From: Bacillota bacterium
GTDB taxonomy: Bacteria > Bacillota_I > Bacilli_A > ML615J-28 > CAG-698
Assembly (NCBI GenBank): GCA_023410025.1
Contig: JAEYQM010000086.1
Location: 966-64,965, forward strand
Length of the DNA stretch: 64,000 nucleotides
Reading direction: 5' to 3'
Of the stretch, positions 60,138-64,000 are shown in pieces (position 1 is the stretch's first letter; each line of letters begins with the position of its first letter). The position numbers and the translations under genes were made by a program. The notes under the pieces were generated by a model. That model was not told where the DNA came from and ran no database searches. It was given only the letters and a program-made list of their open reading frames with translations.

Positions 60138-61892
60138 ATGAAAGCTCTATTAAATATTTATAAAAGAGCATATAGTAAAGGATATCTAAAATATGCAATT
60201 TTTGCTATTGTTTGTATAGCAATAGATATTATGGTTGCATTATTTATTCCATATATATCAAGAATCATTATTGATGAGGCCATCCCTAATCACGATTTAA
60301 ATTTAGTAATTAGGGTTGGAATAATAGTTATAAGTATTGCCATTGCATCAGTCTTCTCAACAATTTTTAATAATATATGTGCTCAATATATTGCAACAAG
60401 TGTTGCTAGCGATATTAGAATTGAAATGTTTGAAAAGATTCAAGAACTATCATTATCGAATGTAGATAAAGTAACAACAGGTAAATTAATTACAGTTGTT
60501 ACAAATGATATAAACCAAATCCAACAAATTATAGTATTTAGTTTTAGAGGGATAATTAGAGCGCCAATAACTTTAATTGGTTCACTTGTAATGGCTTATA
60601 TTACTAATCAAAATCTATTCTTAACAGTTATAATAGGTGTTGTTTCCTTAACTATTGCATTAGTGTTTGTATTTAAAACAGCTGCACCATTATTTAGTAA
60701 AATACAAAATCGTGTTGATGATTTAAATACAAAATTATCCGAAACTATTGGCGGAGCAAGAGAAGTTAAAGCTTTTGTTAATGAAGTAAGTGAAGAAGAA
60801 AAGTTTAATGATGTAAATGAAAAATATTATAAAGCCAATCTTGTTGCTAATAGAGTAATTGTGTTAGTAAATCCATTAGTATTGTTAGTATCTAATATTC
60901 TTATTGGACTAGTTTTATATATTGCATCTAAATTAATAATGGGTGGGCAATCGCAATTAACAGGAACAGTAATGACATATGTATCCTACATCCAACAAAT
61001 TATTAATAGTTTAATGCTAATATCAACAATATCAATTTCAATATCAAGAGCAATAGTAAGTTCAGAAAGATATCAAATGATTATGGATGTTAAAGTTGAT
61101 GTAGAAAACTCTACTGAAGAATCAAGAGTTATTGAAGGTAATATTAGATTTGAAAATGTAAATTTTGCTTATACCGAAGATGATGGCACAAGTGAAGGAA
61201 TAACTTTAAATAATATTAACTTAGATATCAAAGCTGGAGAAATGATTGGAGTAATTGGTTCAACTGGTAGTGGTAAATCATCACTTATTAGTTTAATTCC
61301 AAGACTATATGATGTAACGGATGGGACTTTATATATTGATGATATCAACATAAAAGGATATAATTTAAAAGATTTAAGAAATCAAATATCTTTAGTAACT
61401 CAAGAAGCTATTATTTTCTCGGGAACAATTCTAGACAATATCAAACAAGGTAATGAAATGGCTACAATTGATGAAGTAAATGAGGCTGCAGCATTAGCTT
61501 GTGCATTAGAATTTATTGATTCAATGCCAGAAAAATATAATACAAGAATTACTCAAGGAGGAACTAGTTTAAGTGGTGGACAAAGACAAAGAATATCAAT
61601 TGCTAGAGGTCTTGTAAGAAAACCAAAAGTCCTAATCCTAGATGATTCAACAAGTGCAGTTGATGCAAAAACCGAAAAAAAGATAAAACAAAATTTAAGA
61701 ACAATTACGGGGACTACAAAAATAATTGTTGCACAAAAGATTAGTTCAATTATTGATTGTGATCGTATTATTGTTTTAGGTAATGGTGGATATATTGATG
61801 GTTTTGATACTCATAAAGAATTATTAAAATCAAGTAGAGTATATAAAGAAATATATGCATCTCAATATGGAGGTGATGTCCATGAATTCTAG
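60138..61892 (+). CDS. ABC exporter, fused permease/ATPase
   Basis: Start at ATG 60138 after AAGAGGTGG. GSTGSGKSS, LSGGQRQRISIARG, ILDDSTSAVD. Confidence 0.85.
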   Translation: MKALLNIYKRAYSKGYLKYAIFAIVCIAIDIMVALFIPYISRIIIDEAIPNHDLNLVIRVGIIVISIAIASVFSTIFNNICAQYIATSVASDIRIEMFEKIQELSLSNVDKVTTGKLITVVTNDINQIQQIIVFSFRGIIRAPITLIGSLVMAYITNQNLFLTVIIGVVSLTIALVFVFKTAAPLFSKIQNRVDDLNTKLSETIGGAREVKAFVNEVSEEEKFNDVNEKYYKANLVANRVIVLVNPLVLLVSNILIGLVLYIASKLIMGGQSQLTGTVMTYVSYIQQIINSLMLISTISISISRAIVSSERYQMIMDVKVDVENSTEESRVIEGNIRFENVNFAYTEDDGTSEGITLNNINLDIKAGEMIGVIGSTGSGKSSLISLIPRLYDVTDGTLYIDDINIKGYNLKDLRNQISLVTQEAIIFSGTILDNIKQGNEMATIDEVNEAAALACALEFIDSMPEKYNTRITQGGTSLSGGQRQRISIARGLVRKPKVLILDDSTSAVDAKTEKKIKQNLRTITGTTKIIVAQKISSIIDCDRIIVLGNGGYIDGFDTHKELLKSSRVYKEIYASQYGGDVHEF

Positions 61893-63687
61893 AATGATGG
61901 TTGGTGGAAAAAAGTTTAATTTTGATAAAGTAAATATTGAAAAAGGAACAACATTAAAAGTTATAAAAAGACTTTGGAAGTATTTAAAAAAACATCCTTG
62001 GTATCTAGTGTTTATTGCATTTTCTTCAGTATTATTAATATGTTTTAATTTATCGGTTCCATTAGTATTAAAATATGCAATTGATAAATATATTGATGTA
62101 ACAAGCATTGATATGTATGCAATATCAATAATTACTTTAGCTATAATATTTGGAAGTATAGTTGTAAGTATTTCAAACTATATCGAACAAATATTAGTAA
62201 CCAAACTTGCAACAAAAATAGCAACGGAAATAAGAAGAGATGCTTTTAATAATTTAATAAAACTGCCTATAAAATATTTTGATCAAAATGCTCATGGTGT
62301 AATTATGAGTAATCTAACAAACGATGTTGAAGCGGTAAGTAATGCTTTATCCCAAGTAGTTCCACAATTACTTGTTGCTGGACTAACAATAACTGGTGCT
62401 TTAATACTTATGTTTATTACTTCATGGCAGCTTGCTTTAGTAGTTGTTGCTATAATTCCTTTAATGATTTTCTCAACAGTGTTTATTTCTAAAAAATCAG
62501 CAAAACATTATCAAGCCCAACAAGAAAAAGTTGGTGCTATTAATGGTATTGTAAAGGAAAATATAACAGGATTAAAAGTTGTAAAACTATATAATCAAGA
62601 AGAAAAGTTTAAAGAAAAGTTTGCCAAAGCAAATAATGAATTAAAACGCGCAACATTTAAAGGTCAAATATATTCTGGGATGTTAATGCCTGTAATTAGG
62701 CTTGTTGATAATATTATATATGGATTAGTTGTTACAATTGGGGCAATATTATTTATAAATGGTAGTGCTGTATCAGTTGGTATGATACAAGCAATAACCA
62801 ATTATGCAAGAATGGCAACAAGACCAATTAACTCAATTGCTCAAGTATATAATATATTACAAATTGCAATTGTTGGTGCTGATCGAGTATTTCGATTAAT
62901 AGATCAAGATAGTGAATTTAGTAGTTCAAATGGTGTAACTGTATCAAAACTTAATGGTGAAATTAAGTTTGATGATGTTAGTTTTGGGTATAATGAAAAT
63001 CAATTAGTATTAAAAAATATTAACTTTGATGTCTTACCAGGTCAAACAATTGCAATTGTTGGTCCTACTGGTGGAGGAAAAACAACTATTATAAATTTAT
63101 TAATGAGATATTATGATATTTCTAAAGGAAATATTCTGATTGATGGAATTAATATTATGGACTTGCCTAAACCATTTTTAAGAAAACAAATTGGTATTGT
63201 ACTTCAAACTACATATCTCTTTAAAGGTACAGTATTAGAGAATATTCGATATGGTAAAAGTGATGCCACAATAGAAGATGTAATAGAGGCTTGTAAGAGA
63301 GCCCAAGTTCATGATATAATTGAAAGACTTCCTAAGAAATATAATACAAAAGTTAAGGAAGGTGGAATTAATTTTAGCCATGGTGAACGACAATTAATGT
63401 CGATTGCTAGGGCAATTCTTGCAAATCCCGCAATATTAATTCTTGATGAAGCTACTTCATCGGTTGATACAAGAACAGAAATTAATATTCAAAAAGGAAT
63501 TCAAGAAATATTAAAGAATAGAACAAGTTTTGTAATTGCCCATAGATTACAAACTATTAAAAATGCTGACATGATTTTAGTAATAAAAAATGGTCAAATT
63601 ATAGAATCTGGAGATCATAAAGAACTTTTAAACTTAAAAGGATTCTATTATGAAATGTATACAACACAATTTGCAATAGATAATTAG
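61882..63687 (+). CDS. ABC exporter, fused permease/ATPase; partner of preceding gene
   Basis: Start ATG 61882 after GGAGGTGA. GPTGGGKTT, FSHGERQLMSIARA, ILDEATSSVD. 11-nt overlap with upstream gene. Confidence 0.85.
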   Translation: MNSRMMVGGKKFNFDKVNIEKGTTLKVIKRLWKYLKKHPWYLVFIAFSSVLLICFNLSVPLVLKYAIDKYIDVTSIDMYAISIITLAIIFGSIVVSISNYIEQILVTKLATKIATEIRRDAFNNLIKLPIKYFDQNAHGVIMSNLTNDVEAVSNALSQVVPQLLVAGLTITGALILMFITSWQLALVVVAIIPLMIFSTVFISKKSAKHYQAQQEKVGAINGIVKENITGLKVVKLYNQEEKFKEKFAKANNELKRATFKGQIYSGMLMPVIRLVDNIIYGLVVTIGAILFINGSAVSVGMIQAITNYARMATRPINSIAQVYNILQIAIVGADRVFRLIDQDSEFSSSNGVTVSKLNGEIKFDDVSFGYNENQLVLKNINFDVLPGQTIAIVGPTGGGKTTIINLLMRYYDISKGNILIDGINIMDLPKPFLRKQIGIVLQTTYLFKGTVLENIRYGKSDATIEDVIEACKRAQVHDIIERLPKKYNTKVKEGGINFSHGERQLMSIARAILANPAILILDEATSSVDTRTEINIQKGIQEILKNRTSFVIAHRLQTIKNADMILVIKNGQIIESGDHKELLNLKGFYYEMYTTQFAIDN

Positions 63688-63701
63688 TCAAGGGGGATAC
63701 T

Positions 63702-64000
63702 ATGTTAATATCAAAAACTATTTTTAAAGAATATACAAGATGCCCAAGAGTATGTGCATTAGATGATATTTATATTAAAAAAACACAAACTAATACGTCA
63801 ATTTTTAGTGATGATTATGAAACATTTTATGATATATTAGGATCAATGTTTGACTTAGAGACTGGTGAAAATAATATTGACATAGTTAATCCGCAACTTG
63901 AAGCATTATTACCATATTACAATAGTTTTGAAGAGTATGCGATGAAAATTGCAAAGAGTAAATTTGGAGAAAATATTACTTATAGTTTAAAAACAAAAGA
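63702..64000 (+). CDS. Hypothetical protein, 3'-truncated by window edge; N-terminus resembles DUF2779/RecB-like nuclease-family starts (low confidence)
   Basis: ATG 63702 after RBS AAGGGGGA. Open to the end of the window (MLISKTIFKEYTRCPRVCALDD...). Not in the ORF track because there is no stop. Confidence 0.4.
   Translation, partial: MLISKTIFKEYTRCPRVCALDDIYIKKTQTNTSIFSDDYETFYDILGSMFDLETGENNIDIVNPQLEALLPYYNSFEEYAMKIAKSKFGENITYSLKTK

Overview
This is an AT-rich (about 28-30% GC by eye) chromosomal segment that reads cleanly in the standard genetic code (no UGA=Trp recoding needed). It starts immediately downstream of the replication-origin gene block with the 3' end of recF, then gyrB and gyrA. 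Most of it is conserved housekeeping from a low-GC, spore-forming Firmicute. The genes are serS behind a T-box leader, pepA, an sbcDC-nrnA-nrnA-surE operon, rpoE (RNA polymerase delta subunit) followed by pyrG, fhs-folD, pth-mfd-spoVT, fba, nfnAB, msrA, an accBCDA-fabT-fabKDGFZ fatty-acid operon, pepF, mnmG-rsmG-parA, mscS, and four ABC exporter genes. Sporulation genes (cwlJ-gerQ, spoVT) together with an RNA polymerase delta subunit, FabK/FabT and NfnAB suggest a spore-forming Erysipelotrichia- or Bacilli-like anaerobe. No rRNA, tRNA, CRISPR or obvious mobile element was seen. The less ordinary parts are two AT-rich islets encoding zinc-ribbon-anchored membrane proteins (30.9-32.6 kb and 48.1-49.3 kb), a fatty-acid regulatory region, and a distal cluster of ABC exporters. 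The fatty-acid region carries a perfect FabT-type palindrome pair upstream of a DegV/FakB-like gene and a different perfect palindrome wrapped around the -10 of the acc-fab promoter. No clear-cut novel system (defence island, toxin-antitoxin, biosynthetic cluster) could be supported from sequence alone; the candidates are listed under findings with stated uncertainty.
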